This document shows positions 11,961-24,700 of a stretch of 64,000 nt of DNA, in pieces. Source of the DNA: Rhynchobatus australiae (taxonomy: Eukaryota); NCBI GenBank assembly GCA_034780895.1, contig JAUZTB010000068.1, positions 7,905,753 through 7,969,752 on the forward strand. The letters are read 5' to 3'. The first letter of the stretch is position 1, and each line of letters opens with the position of its first letter. The notes beneath the pieces were generated by a model. The model was not told the origin of the DNA and searched no databases. It saw nothing but the letters and a program-made list of their open reading frames with translations. Made by a program: the position numbers and the translations under genes.

Positions 11961-13244
11961 AGTCTTGATTCTTTACAATTTGATGTACTTTTAAGTATTT
12001 ATAAATAATTTTATGTTATTTCATCTGTCAGATTATTGATATTTATAGCCCTCGCACAAAAGTCCTTGGACAAATTGAAGCCATTCTTACAAATATGCTC
12101 CTTCATTACCAATAACACAAAGGCAAGTTTTACACCATTGACATCTAAGGAACAATGTTGACCAACTGAGAGGTACCAGGATCATTGTTCTCCCATGCAA
12201 AATAGAATCCCTAAATTCCAACTGGAGTTCCATCTAGTGGTTTGCTCCAGAACTGAACCACCCAAGTTTCTCCTCAGGCAGTCCATCAGTGTCAAGGATG
12301 ACTTGCTTCAGGTCCAGTTGTGTAAGTTCCGAGGTGACTGAGGAAGCCATCACGGGTGGGATAAGAGGTGCTCGAGGTGGCAATCGGATGGATTGTTGCC
12401 CACACTCCACCTGTTCCCAGAATCAAAGCGCCATCCCCAGTATTTCTCTGCCAGGCTGGGTGGTGTTGGGTCAGCGATTCAGTGAAGACATTACTTTTTT
12501 TTAAAAAAACTGTGGCTTTGAGGATGTCCCTGAAAAATGTTCTCTGGCAGACAGGGTCACCAAGTCACTTAATCTACCAGTGGATTTGGAGGCAGTGTAC
12601 TTCTCCTGTACTTAAGGCAGTATTACCACCACCAATTTATTTTGTACCTATTTTCTTTAATTTTGAAAAAAAACACACACCCCAATCAAAAGCAGGTTGA
12701 ATGATGCCTCCTATACTATGGGAAGCCTCACAAAATTTACTTTGCTATCTGTAGCATTACTACAGGCAGGTTCTTTTCACACAGATATTATAAGGGTGTG
12801 CAGTAGATCACGAGCCTGGGTGTGACATCCCTCTGGAAGATCATGGTGTGAAATGATACTCCCAAATGAGATTGCAAGTCGAACACTGGTGCCACGATAC
12901 AATGGAGGTATAAAAGCAAACTTTGCCAAAAACAAAATGGGTAATTCAGAGCTCTGGCATCAAGANNNNNNNNNNATCCAATGCCACACAACAGGTCAGC
13001 AACAAATTGGCACTGATTGTTTCCAGAATTGAACTAAAGAATATGATTTTCAATCAAAACAAGAAAATGGCAGTTCATTACACAATACACCACAGTTTCA
13101 ACTATTTTTGATTTTGTTGCAGCTTTTATATTCCTGATTTCAGACTTCTTCCTTTTGCAGATGAATGGATTCCTACAGATGTGACTACTGACAATTCACT
13201 TTATACAGGCAAAGATTCCACTGTGATTTACAGAAGTGTAGATT

Positions 13245-13545
13245 CCGAGTCATACAGCACAGAAACAGGCCCTTTGGCCCAACTGGTCCATGCTGACCAA
13301 GATTCCCATCTAAGCNNNNNTTGGCCCATATCCCTATAAACCTTCCCTATCCACGTACCTGTCCAAATGTCTTAAATGTTGTTAATGTACCTGCCTCAAC
13401 CACTTCCTCTGGCAGCTCGTTCCATATATGGACCACCCCCTGGGTGAAGAAGTTGCCCTCAGGTCCCTTTTAATTCTTTTCCCTCTCACCTTAAATCTTT
13501 GCCCTCTAGTTATTGATTCCCATTCGCTGGGGGAAAGACTGTGTA
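13245..13545 (-). mobile_element. CR1 LINE 3' end
   Basis: Reverse complement of the 7640-7948 family. Confidence 0.85.
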
Positions 13546-14749
13546 ATTCATGACAATAGGTTTCACCATTACTGGGTCTAAATCCTGGAATTCCCTACTG
13601 TAGGAGGACCTTCATCACACAGACTGACATTGGCTCAGCACCTTCTCAAGGTCCACTGGAGGTGAATGTTAAATGTTCACCACGTCAGTATGAAACGTGC
13701 AACTCCATCATGGCCACCATCTCAGCCAAGCATCCACTTAATAATCAGTCACCTACTCAACTTTTGTGACACATCGATCACTGAATAAGATTCAAGAGCA
13801 GGAACCCTGGCTACATACCTATTCTCACCTTTGGCAAAGACCAATTACAGTGACTCCAAGTGTTGCCCCGGGGTGAGATATTTAACTCAGAGAATCTGGG
13901 CTTTTATAGCTTATATCTTTGCTTCACAGAAAATAACAGAAGAAAAAAAATAACTCCCTAAATCATGAAAAGTATGGTTCTAATAGCACAGCCACAGAAG
14001 GGAACATCAATTTAGGCCTGTAATTAAGTTAAATATGATTTGGAAGGCAAGGTCTCAAATCAAACCATCTTTCAGTCGACCTGCTGAGTAAGATGAAAAT
14101 CCAATGCCTGTGATTACAGGAACAAGAGTTGCATTCCCCAGAGTTTTAGAAGGTTAAAAGATGATTTGAAGAAAGTTTCCAAGATATTCAGGGAAACTTT
14201 CTGCTGTTGTGAAATCTAGGACCAGGCATCCTAGTCTAAAGGCAGAGCCAGGCTTTATAACAACAAACTTAAGCGTGATAGAAATTTTAAACTCTTTCTT
14301 ATAAATGGTAATTAATGCTAATTCTTAATTTCAAATCTGAGATTAATAGATTTTGGTTAACCAAGGGCATTAAGGGATAAGGGGTAAGGACAGGTGTAGG
14401 GTGTTGGGTCACCAATCCACTATGACTTTTTTGGAATCGTAAAGTGCACAAAAAGCCTCCACTTGCTGCTATGATCAACGCTTGGAATGGCTTCTCGGAT
14501 GGGATACTGGTGGTCAGAACTTCATTTTGGAATCTCATGCAAAGAATGGCTGTGGGTAGTCTTGGATGGAGTGTGTAAAACAGACTAAATTGTTGTCTTC
14601 ACTGGGGGTACAACATTATTGTGTCCCTTCAGCTCTCGACTAAATTATTTGGAGCATTTAAATCCTAAAATGTAATATTAGTTTATAAATATAGGAAACA
14701 ACTACCATGAATAATAGTAACTAGAATCTACTGCATTATCCTAGTAACA

Positions 14750-14915
14750 TATCTTTCTGTAACTGCAACAATTTATTCTGCATTCTGTTATTGTTTTCCC
14801 TTGTACTACCTCAATGCACTGATGTAATGAAATGATCTGTATGGACAGCACGCAAAACAAAGTTTTTCATTGTACGTCGGTACATGTGACAATAATAAAC
14901 CAATTTACCGATTTA
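14750..14915 (+). mobile_element. Rex1/Babar LINE 3' tail
   Basis: Matches the tail of 41740-42150. Confidence 0.75.
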
Positions 14916-15599
14916 CTCTGGATCACTAATTTCCTTTTGGGAAAGAAACCTGCTATCCTTATTCAATCCAACCATTAACGTCTTCAGCTGCAATAACAAA
15001 CTGCTGGAGGAACTCGGCGGATCAGGCAGCGTCTGTTGGGGGAAATGGACAGTCGATGTTTCGAGTCAAAACCCTTTATCATTTTGTTTGTTGCTCCAGA
15101 TTCTATCAACTGCAAGTGGCCCTTTGAAATTATCTAGTAAGCCACTCAGATCAAGGATAATAAATGCTGGTCTTGCCAGCAAATACTACAGAGAATGAAT
15201 ATTCCTTTTAAAAAATACCTTGCAACTGATCTATAACACTTTTGGGAGCTAAGGTCCACCTTTATGTTCTGGGTGGTTTAGCTTTTTTTTACACCCATTA
15301 GCTTTGTACCCCACACATCATAAAATATCTCATTGCTTTTTGAAAATAAATACAGAAATGGACCTCTCATTTTTCCAACATGGTCACATTGAGCACACTC
15401 CCACTTTGCCAAATGACTTTGAGTCCACAACTTGACCTGCAGCTACAACCATGGCACACATTATGGATGCAGACACATTTAATCCAACTGAACAGTGGGT
15501 CACCAAGACCACTACTGCATAGCTTAGGACATAGCAAATATTCAATAGATATCCGTCATTCAATCTTGCCTCAATTTTTTTCCGCAAAATGTAGTTTGC

Positions 15600-15870
15600 T
15601 TTCTGAATTTGCCTACCGCCACAACAGGTCTACAGGGGAAGCAATTTTACTTGCTCTCCACTTGGCTTTGGAGCACATGAACCAACAGCAAAACAAACAT
15701 CAGGCTGTTGTTTATCAATTACAGCTTGGCGTTCAACACCATCACCCCCTCAGTACTAATCAACAAGCTTCAAAACCTGGGCCTCTGTACCCCTTGGCAA
15801 TGAATGCTCAACTTCCTTAAGGGGAGACCATAGTCAGTGCAGATGAGTAGTAACATCTCCTCCTCACACA
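15600..15870 (+). mobile_element. Rex1/Babar-type reverse transcriptase fragment
   Basis: FAYRHNRSTGEAILLALHLALEHM, then frameshifted ...AFNTITP. A sister fragment lies at 5835-5913. Confidence 0.8.
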
Positions 15871-16939
15871 GCTTCATTCCTTTTCACTTTTNNNNNNNNN
15901 NNNNNNNNNNNNNNNNNNNNNNNNNNNNNNNNNNNNNNNNNNNNNNNNNNNNNNNNNNNNNNNNNNNNNNNNNNNNNNNNNNNNNNNNNNNNNNNNNNNN
16001 NNNNNNNNNNNNNNNNNNTTCAGGCTCTCATACCCATTCTCCCTCTCATTGAGATATGATGACCGATCATAATTGCATTTGCCTGCTTTAGTTCCAAATA
16101 TTAACCTAAGCAAAATACAGCAAATACTTGAATTTTTATATCAATCAGAAGATCAGAAAACTATTAAATCAATTAGTTCTGAGGAATGTCATCAACCTGA
16201 AATGCAGTCTGTATGTACTGCTCTTAAATAAATGGCCATGCACTACAACATGGATTAGTTTATGAACAATGCAAATGCCTTCAATTTGCTGTGTGCTTCC
16301 TTTCTCAGTAGTTTCCACAATCAATACCTATTCAGTAGCACTGAGTAAATTGAATTAAACACTCAGTACAGGAACTGAGAAAAGAAATAAGCAACATCTT
16401 GGAAGATTTTTGTGCTTCATTTTCCTTTCCTCCTGTTGTCTGTTCACCTTTGCATAACCCCTGTTTGCCTGGGGGATACTGGGCCTTCAAGCTCATGTAT
16501 TTCCAATGCACCAGGACTAGTCAAATTCAATCAACAGGAGGTGGCATTTAGAATAACCCAAGTCTTTCTGTCCAGAACAAACAATCATATAGCATTAAAA
16601 CTCATTATACTTAAAACCCGTGGATTTGAGAATTTAACAACCTCAGAAGACCTTACCCTATTAATGTAGTTCTCCTCCCATGAGGCTATTAAAACACATG
16701 ATCTTTGCAAGATGAAGTGGAATCAAAAATAGCCTAGGAGAAAGGCTAACATTTTAACATTATAATGATTGGGTTGTGCAAAATTCAATTGCCTGTGAAG
16801 CACAAGAAATAAATATTAAGTAGTTTAGAATGGGCATGTTTACTAAACATAAGCACAAAAAAAAGTTGGTTGGAGAAGTCAGAATTCACTTTCCATCCCT
16901 TAAAAATATGATCATACGTTTTCAAATTCTACAACCAGA

Positions 16940-17300
16940 AAGCAAAATACTGCAGATTTTGGACATCTGAAATAAAAACAGAAAATGGTATTAAAGTTCG
17001 GCAGGTCAGGCAGCATCTCTGGAGAGAGACAGTGAGTTAATGTTTCAGGTTGATGACTATTCTGATGAAGAGGTCACAGACCTGAAAGGTTACTTCTGTT
17101 TTTTCTTTCCACAGATGCTNNNNNNNNNNNNNNNNNNNNNNNNNNNNNNNNNNNNNNNNNNNNNNNNNNNNNNNNNNNNNNNNNNNNNNNNNNNNNNNNN
17201 NNNNNNNNNNNNNNNNNNNGAAATATTAACTCTGTTTCTCTGTCTGCAGAATCTGCCTCACCTGCTGAGCACTTACTCGATTTTCCATCTTTATTTAATT
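16940..17300. mobile_element. Palindromic Penelope-derived repeat with the best-preserved hammerhead-like core (17062-17093)
   Basis: CTGATGA-ag-aggtc-aca-gacct-GAAA-ggttac lies inside inverted arms. Confidence 0.7.
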
Positions 17301-20300
17301 CCTGTACTTGGGTGCTGCTGCAATTGAGGAATGTTGTAAAGAGTTACACCTGGATGGGAACGTCTACTGGATTCACATTACTTCAGCAGCTAATCTACAG
17401 TGAATAGAACTTGAATCTTCAAGTTCTATTTCTAACCATCTACGGCACAAACACTACTAAGGTGTTTTCATGATTTGCATCATGGTTTATTCAATGCTAC
17501 ACTGCCAGTGCACTGCAGGTTTAAACAATAACTTACATTTATGCAGAATTTAGAATGGAAGAACATTGGCAAGTGCTTCACAGGCTTATAATTAGACAAG
17601 GACAAGTAGGGAGAGATTTACAGAGAACTTTGGAATGCAGTGGTTACATAGCTCCAGCCAGTGTAACACAAAAGGCTGGAGCAGATGCAATGTGCTCCGG
17701 GGGAGGTATGCTGGTGGGGCTGTAGCCAAGGAGGAGCATATAAGATTTAAACACAAACTTGAATATTTTCAGTTTGAGACATTGTAAGCCACAGCTGCAG
17801 GGCTAATGATAGAGCAGAACTTGGTGTAGTTCCACCAGAGCTTTCTATCAGTTGNNNNNNNNNNNNNNNNNNNNNNNNNNNNNNNNNNNNNNNNNNNNNN
17901 NNNNNNNNNNNNNNNNNNNNNNNNNNNNNNNNNNNNNNNNNNNNNNNNNNNNNNNNNNNNNNNNNNNNNNNNNNNNNNNNNNNNNNNNNNNNNNNNNNNN
18001 NNNNNNNNNNNNNNNNNNNNNNNNNNNNNNNNNNNNNNNNNNNNNNNNNNNNNNNNNNNNNNNNNNNNNNNNNNNNNNNNNNNNNNNNNNNNNNNNNNNN
18101 NNNNNNNNNNNNNNNNNNNNNNNNNNNNNNNNNNNNNNNNNNNNNNNNNNNNNNNNNNNAAACCAAAAGGTTTCTGCAGCAAATGGACTGAAAAATAAGT
18201 AGAGCTGGGATATGATATTCAAGTGGAAAGAGGCAGTCTTGATGACTGTACTTCATCTTGGATTTAATGTTGGACAGGGAGTGGGTGATGCAGAGATAAA
18301 GCTTAATGAAGATTATCTGCACCTTCAGATGGCATCCAGAGGCAGTACATAGATAAAAGCAAAGTCAGAGATAAACGGGGTTAGGAACAACAAATACAGA
18401 TTTATAACAAGTGCTGTTGAATGCTGTTCATTAAGCTGGACAATGGAGGGAAGCAGAATATGGTATGACTGAGCATCTGAAAGATTGCAGCAAGGTACTG
18501 CAGAATGCAGAGCGATTATGTTGATGGTCACACATGCAGAGGAAGTCAACCTTCACTTGCACAGCAGCCATTTTAAAGTTGTAGCTATGGGGTAAATATG
18601 ATTAAAGAGATTTAAGTAAGGTGTTAACAGGAATAATGGGCATGGAGTGAAAATGGAAGGAAATAGGGCAGAAAGAAAGTGATAGGATAGAAAGTGGAAT
18701 AGAGAATAGGTTTTAAAGGGATGATGACAGTTGCTTGGAAAGGAAAAATACCGGTAATGTACCTGGAGGGAATCTTCAGGGGGTTGAGGAAGGAGCCAAA
18801 AGAAAAGTTGAAAGGTCAATAGTTCATTTGAAATGAGGTTAAGGGACAGTGAAGTCATGGACAAAAGCTCATGGAATATCGGAACAGAATAGCAACAGAA
18901 GATTGCCGTTGTTTAACAGCTGACTGTCCAGCTTTCTATCAATGACCCTCATCAATTTACAGAGCCCAGTATGATTGCTTCATGTGGAGACATTTGAAGA
19001 GTAATATTTAATGCAGAATTTACCCATCTATTAAAAGCACTTTACTATCTGATGTGTAGTTAAGTTTTACAATGCAATTTAACAGCCACCTTAACATGAT
19101 ACAAGTTCAAACAGGATATACAATGAACCAATATGCACAATGATGGTGCTTCCTGAATCAATTTCTTGCTGTTTTAACCTATTTAATAGGAGGAAAATTG
19201 ACTGCATAAAGTTCAACATCACAATGGTCCAAATCAATTGTACTTTGCTGTGATCAGCTATAATGTGCAACTTTCTATTTATGATCCAGGTCAATGCGAT
19301 TATTGCACTGAGTGCAGAGTTCTGGTTATTTTTGATATATAGATAATTACTCCAGTCACATTTTGAAGACCACCAATACAGTTAGCACCGAGATCTTAAA
19401 TGAATACACATTTTGTAACTACTACCTTTAAACTCAGCAGAATTCAACCAATTGAGCCAAATCAAATTCAATGAATTAAACGATAACTTAGTTGCCCACT
19501 TTATTCCCATGGTACTATTGATATTTCCCCCACTAGGTGCTGTGACATGCTTGCACAGGTGACACCTCTGCTATACCTTATTCCACATTCTCTGGTGACA
19601 ACAGACTAGGAAAGTGCTTAGCCCAGCCAAGATCCCCACTTAAGATCCTCTTGTATAATCTCACAGCAACTGTCGCTGTGCATTAGAATAATGATTAGAA
19701 ATGTGAACCCGGATCTCAACTGACCAGCAAATGGGGACCATCCTGGTANNNNNNNNNNNNNNNNNNNNNNNNNNNNNNNNNNNNNNNNNNNNNNNNNNNN
19801 NNNNNNNNNNNNNNNNNNNNNNNNNNNNNNNNNNNNNNNNNNNNNNNNNNNNNNNNNNNNNNNNNNNNNNNNNNNNNNNNNNNNNNNNNNNNNNNNNNNN
19901 NNNNNNNNNNNNNNNNNNNNNNNNNNNNNNNNNNNNNNAGCTTTAGCACGTAGATGACAAAAGGTGCAAAATCTTCTAGAATTTAGCAAACAAGACGATT
20001 TTATTTTATTAAATGCTCTTTGCATGCCAAACTCTCAATCTGGCAAACCAAAATAAAAAGTGCCCTGCTTTTCCACTGTTTAAAATGTGCAGAAAATGCT
20101 ACGTCAAATTGGCATTTCATGCAAATCTGTGAAACAGCAACTAAATCTAACATGCATTTCAATGTACATTAGTTTAGAAACTATCCTTGCAGTTTAATCA
20201 ATCTACATTATTGTTACAACAATAAAANNNNNNNNNNNNNNNNNNNNNNNNNNNNNNNNNTAGTTTGCATTGACCGTAGACACTAGGGTTGACAATGTTA

Positions 20301-21834
20301 AAAGTGTCAAGGATTCACAGTTTAAAAAAACCCTTGCATCTTGGCACACTGCGATAAAGGAAACCATTACAACAGTGGTTAAAAATGACAGCTTTAGGTC
20401 CAATGCAGCCTGGCATGAAGGTGCATTAACAACTCCTTAGCCCAGTCACCAAGTATAACACAAATAGCCCTGCAGGAAATTTAAAAATATGCTGCTTCTA
20501 CATGTACACTTTTAAAACTAAATGTGTTCCACAGCCAATGAAGTACTTTTGACATGTAGCCATTGTTTTAATGCAGGAAACAGAACAGGGTGACATAAAT
20601 TACCCAAACCACTCCAATAAGCATAAGTTGCTAGAATAGGAATGAAGGAAAATTGGAACATATCTTAAANNNNNNNNNNNNNNNNNNNNNNNNTACTTGT
20701 CAATTTTCTGAAGTTATCCTTAAAACTGCCTGATACACAGCAGGTGATTCCAGCACTCTTTCATTTTCAATGCTATTAGACACTGATCAATGCTGATCTT
20801 GTACTTGGTACCAGAAAAGCTCAGCTATTTAAAGTATGGAGTATTGGGCAAATAACATGAGTTGACCTCGAGTACCACCAGAGTATTAAGTCATGTTAAA
20901 GACTCAGGTCAGGCAGCACTCTGAGTATTACTAACATTTTCAGTTTACATGTTAGATTTTGGGTCTCTGCAATATTCTGCTTTTGGATGACAGCCATAAA
21001 TCTGGTGGTTCTGACAATTAAGATTACTGGTGTAGCTAGAACCAAAACTGAAAAAACAGAAAATACTCAGGCAGCATCTGGAAAAAAAAAGTGTTTTTCA
21101 GCTTCGCAGCTTTTCATCATAACTGAGTGCAGCATTGAAGAAGTGATTTCTTTCACGAGAAACCATTCACCCTTTTCTGCCCTTCTGGAGGCATAAAAGA
21201 TTCAGTGGAACTGTTTTGAAGTACAATGGAATTATTCCCAGTATTGTGGCCAATACTTTTCTCTTGATTGGTATCACAAACAGAGTCATTGATCATTACT
21301 ACATTCCTACTTGTGGCAGCTTGGTGTATACAAATCGACCACTGAATTTTGTAACGTCACTGGCCACACATAAAAAGTACTTTATTGACCAATGTTACCA
21401 GGTTGTGAAAGCCAAAACAAATTTCTTATGGAACCTATTAATAAACTTTTGCTGACACTGTTCTTATCTGTGAAACAAAAATGTACCACACAGCACTGAG
21501 CAGAGGCTAAGGGATGGAAAAGAAAGGGAGAAACCTGAAGTGCACCAAGTACCATGCCATTAAAAGAGGGTGAATCAGCATAAATTTGATCAGAACAACT
21601 AATGAAAAAAAAACAGGCCTCCAATGAATAGATTCAGCAAGTTCATCCACAGTGCATCCATAAGCAGACAATTAGAAGGGCCTATACCTAGTGTGAAACT
21701 CTCACAACCAAAGAACATTTAGAGTCAGAGTCATACAGCCCAGATATAGGCCCTTAGGTCCAGAGTCCGTGGCAACAGACGCACATTTATACTAATCCTG
21801 CACTAACCCCATTTTTAGTCTTCCATAAGAGCCA

Positions 21835-22040
21835 TTGAGATTCTACCAATCACACTAGGGGCAATTTAGAGAGGCCAATTAACCTACCAACCCACACAAC
21901 TTTGGATGTTCAGGGAATCTATGTACCCAGGGAACACAGTCACAGGAAGAAAATGCAAAGTCCACAGAGATAGCAGCTGAGGTCAGGATTGCATCAGGGT
22001 CGATGGAGCTATGAGCCAGCAGTTCTACTAGCTGCACCAC
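21835..22040 (-). mobile_element. Older HE1-like V-SINE
   Basis: ggggcaatttag..ggccaattaacctacc...tttggatgt...ggtcaggattg...gctgcacc. Confidence 0.7.
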
Positions 22041-22369
22041 TCGACATTTACTGGTATGAAATGGGTTTAAGAGTGCTGTGGCACTGTGTAGGTGAAAGAT
22101 GGTAAAGGGAAAAAGTATTCCTGGTCCATTAAGCAGCACAAAACAGAAGAACTGAAATTGGTAATAAAATCAGAGAGTTGAACAAGTTACTTGGAGCTCT
22201 GCTTCTTGTTTCTTGGGCCATGACTGAAGAGCTCCACTACTCATGGTTATGGCGTGCTACTGTGCTCTTCCATGATGTCAAGTCAGACATTGGTTTGAAC
22301 TGGCCCTAAGTAACAGGGCTGAATGACAATGGATATACAGAACAATCAGTTAGGTATCTTCAATACATT

Positions 22370-23087
22370 CCGAATAACACTTTATCCAAGTAATATTTTA
22401 GAAAAATTGAGCAAGATATGGTAATATGACAAGAAGTTACATGACATCTTGAATAACTTAGAATGAACAGTAACCCTAAGGAAATTAGGTGACATGATAT
22501 CTACCAAAATTCATTACAGCAAGAATGGTCCAAAAAAAACCTCTTCATAAATATTATGCAGTGTAAACATTGATACAATTGGTGCAAATCTTGATGTAGA
22601 GCTATCATACTCCATTAACAGCCCTAGTGTTTACAGTGACCATGGAATAAATGAAATGCCAATTTGATGAAAAATTTGACCATCACAAAGTAGTTAATTT
22701 GTGTAAATACACACTCAAAATATCCTAAAGCTCATACTAATATGGCCGGGAAAAAAAACAACAATAATACAATCACTCACACACTTTCTCTCAAAGACAT
22801 AATTTCTGATGCATTTGCACAGCAGTTAATGCTACAGAATACCCAAGGCATTAGAATGAGTTGTAATTTGGTCAGAAGTGCTCCCACTTCCCAGAGTATG
22901 CTACTCCTTTTGGTTCAGTCTCATGATCTTGGTGCCCCAAACACTTGGCAGTAATGTGGAGGAGGAGAAAGTTTGAAACCAGTGCATTAAGTCTACAGCA
23001 GGTCTACTGTAAAGCTACAGTAGCTTTTTTTCCAGCTCAAATCTAATTGGAACAACGTTCATAATATAATTCCTTCCCTTTTAGAAG
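22370..23087 (-). other. KDM1A: Putative KDM1A 3' UTR (3' end not determined)
   Basis: Unique AT-rich sequence after the stop codon. I found only a variant signal GATAAA (22381-22386); the nearest AATAAA I saw is at 21381-21386. Confidence 0.4.
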
Positions 23088-23264
23088 TTACATGCTACTG
23101 GGTTGTTGAGTTGGTGTAGTTTGTCGAGGAAGAGTATACATTGCACCCAGAAACTGATCAGCAATTCGACCGGCTTCCCTTAATCCACTCAATAAAGCAC
23201 CATGAACTGTTGCAGGGTAGTTGCGGATGGTATGTTCTCCAGCAAAGAAGAGGCGGGGAACGAC
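23088..23264 (-). CDS. KDM1A: KDM1A terminal coding exon 19: [58 protein letters not shown]
   Basis: 177 nt including TAA, acceptor ttacag. Contains the amine-oxidase FAGEHT...TVHGA motif. Confidence 0.98.
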   Translation of the reverse strand, partial: VVPRLFFAGEHTIRNYPATVHGALLSGLREAGRIADQFLGAMYTLPRQTTPTQQPSSM

Positions 23265-23399
23265 CTGTAATGGGGGAAGAAGAAATTAAATCTGTTCCAC
23301 AAAAACCACTATTAATAGTTTCCATTCAATGTTAAATGAGTTTATAGCAAACTAGAATTCAAAAATGAACCACAATTATAATTCAGTCACTAATACAGA

Positions 23400-24700
23400 A
23401 ACACAGAAAACAGCAGCAGAATGTTCACCCTTTGATTCTGCTCTTCTATCTCAATACCATATTTCCACTTTGTTCCCTTACTCCTTGATGTCCTCTGTAC
23501 CCAGAATTTTAACCACTTGACTTCTACAGTCAATTCCACAGGTTCACTAACCTCCAAGCAACTTCTCCTCACTTCAGTTCTAAACTGCTTGCCCTGCAAC
23601 CTGAGACTGTAAACCCTCATTCCAGATACTTCAGGCAAGGGAAACATCCTCCTTACACCCAGTCTGTCTATCCTCGTCAGATGCAACCTGAAACATCAAC
23701 AACTTTTTTCCTCCCACAGATGCTGCATGACCCACTGACTTCCTCCAGCACATTGTTTGTAGCCTTGTCAGAGTTTTGCATGATTCAGTTAATCTCCTCC
23801 TGTTCTAGTGAATGCAAACCTAGTCCATCTAATCTCTCCTCATATGGCAGTCCCACCATCCCAGGAACCAATCTTGTGAACCTAAGCTGTGCTCCCTCTA
23901 TGACAAAATTGCCTTTTCTTGGGTAAGGAAAAACAAAACTGCATACAATACTCCAGGTGTGGTGGCACCAACAGCTGGGCAAGTGCAGTAGGACATTCTT
24001 GTTCCTGTACTCAAAAGGGTCTTGCATTGAAAGCCAACATACCATTTGCCTTCTTAATTGCTTGCTGCACCTCCATGCCTGATGTCAAAGGCATACAAGA
24101 ACACCCAAGTCTCTACACATCAATGCTTCCCAATCTGACAGTATCTAAACAACACATTGCCTTTGTCTTTCCTACCAAAGTGGATAACTTCAAATTTATC
24201 CATGTTATATTCCATCTGCCATGTTTTTGCCCACCAACTTAATCTTGAAGTTTCCATGCTTTCCTCACGATCCCACCCAATTAAGTTTTGTTGGCAAACT
24301 TCTGAATGTTGATTTGTTCTTCCATTCATATCATTGATAGACATTATGAGCAGTGGATGCCCAAGCAATGTACACTATAGAACCATGGAAAGACTCCATA
24401 TCCTGTTTGTCAACCAAATTTCAATCCATGCCAATACATTACCCCCAATACCACATGCTAAAATTTTCCACATGAAAAACTTAAGACTTTTTCCAAATAC
24501 CAAAAAGTGAACTGCACCAATCCGCTGTTTATCCGTTATCTGTTCTACCAGTTACATCCTTAAAAAGCTCTAATTAGTTTGTCAAACACCACTTCCTTCC
24601 AGAAATCCATGATAATGTGGTCTAATTTTGTTTATGTTTTTCAAATGTCCTGTTATCTTATCGTTTATAGTAGTCACCAGCATTCTTCTCACTACTTGTT
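23400..24700 (-). mobile_element. CR1 LINE RT/3' fragment in KDM1A intron 18, with a short Penelope-type piece nested at ~23680-23765
   Basis: ORFs give WAKTWQMEYNMDKFEVIHFGRK and IEGAQLRFTRLVPGMVGLPYEERLDGLGLHSLE. Confidence 0.88.
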
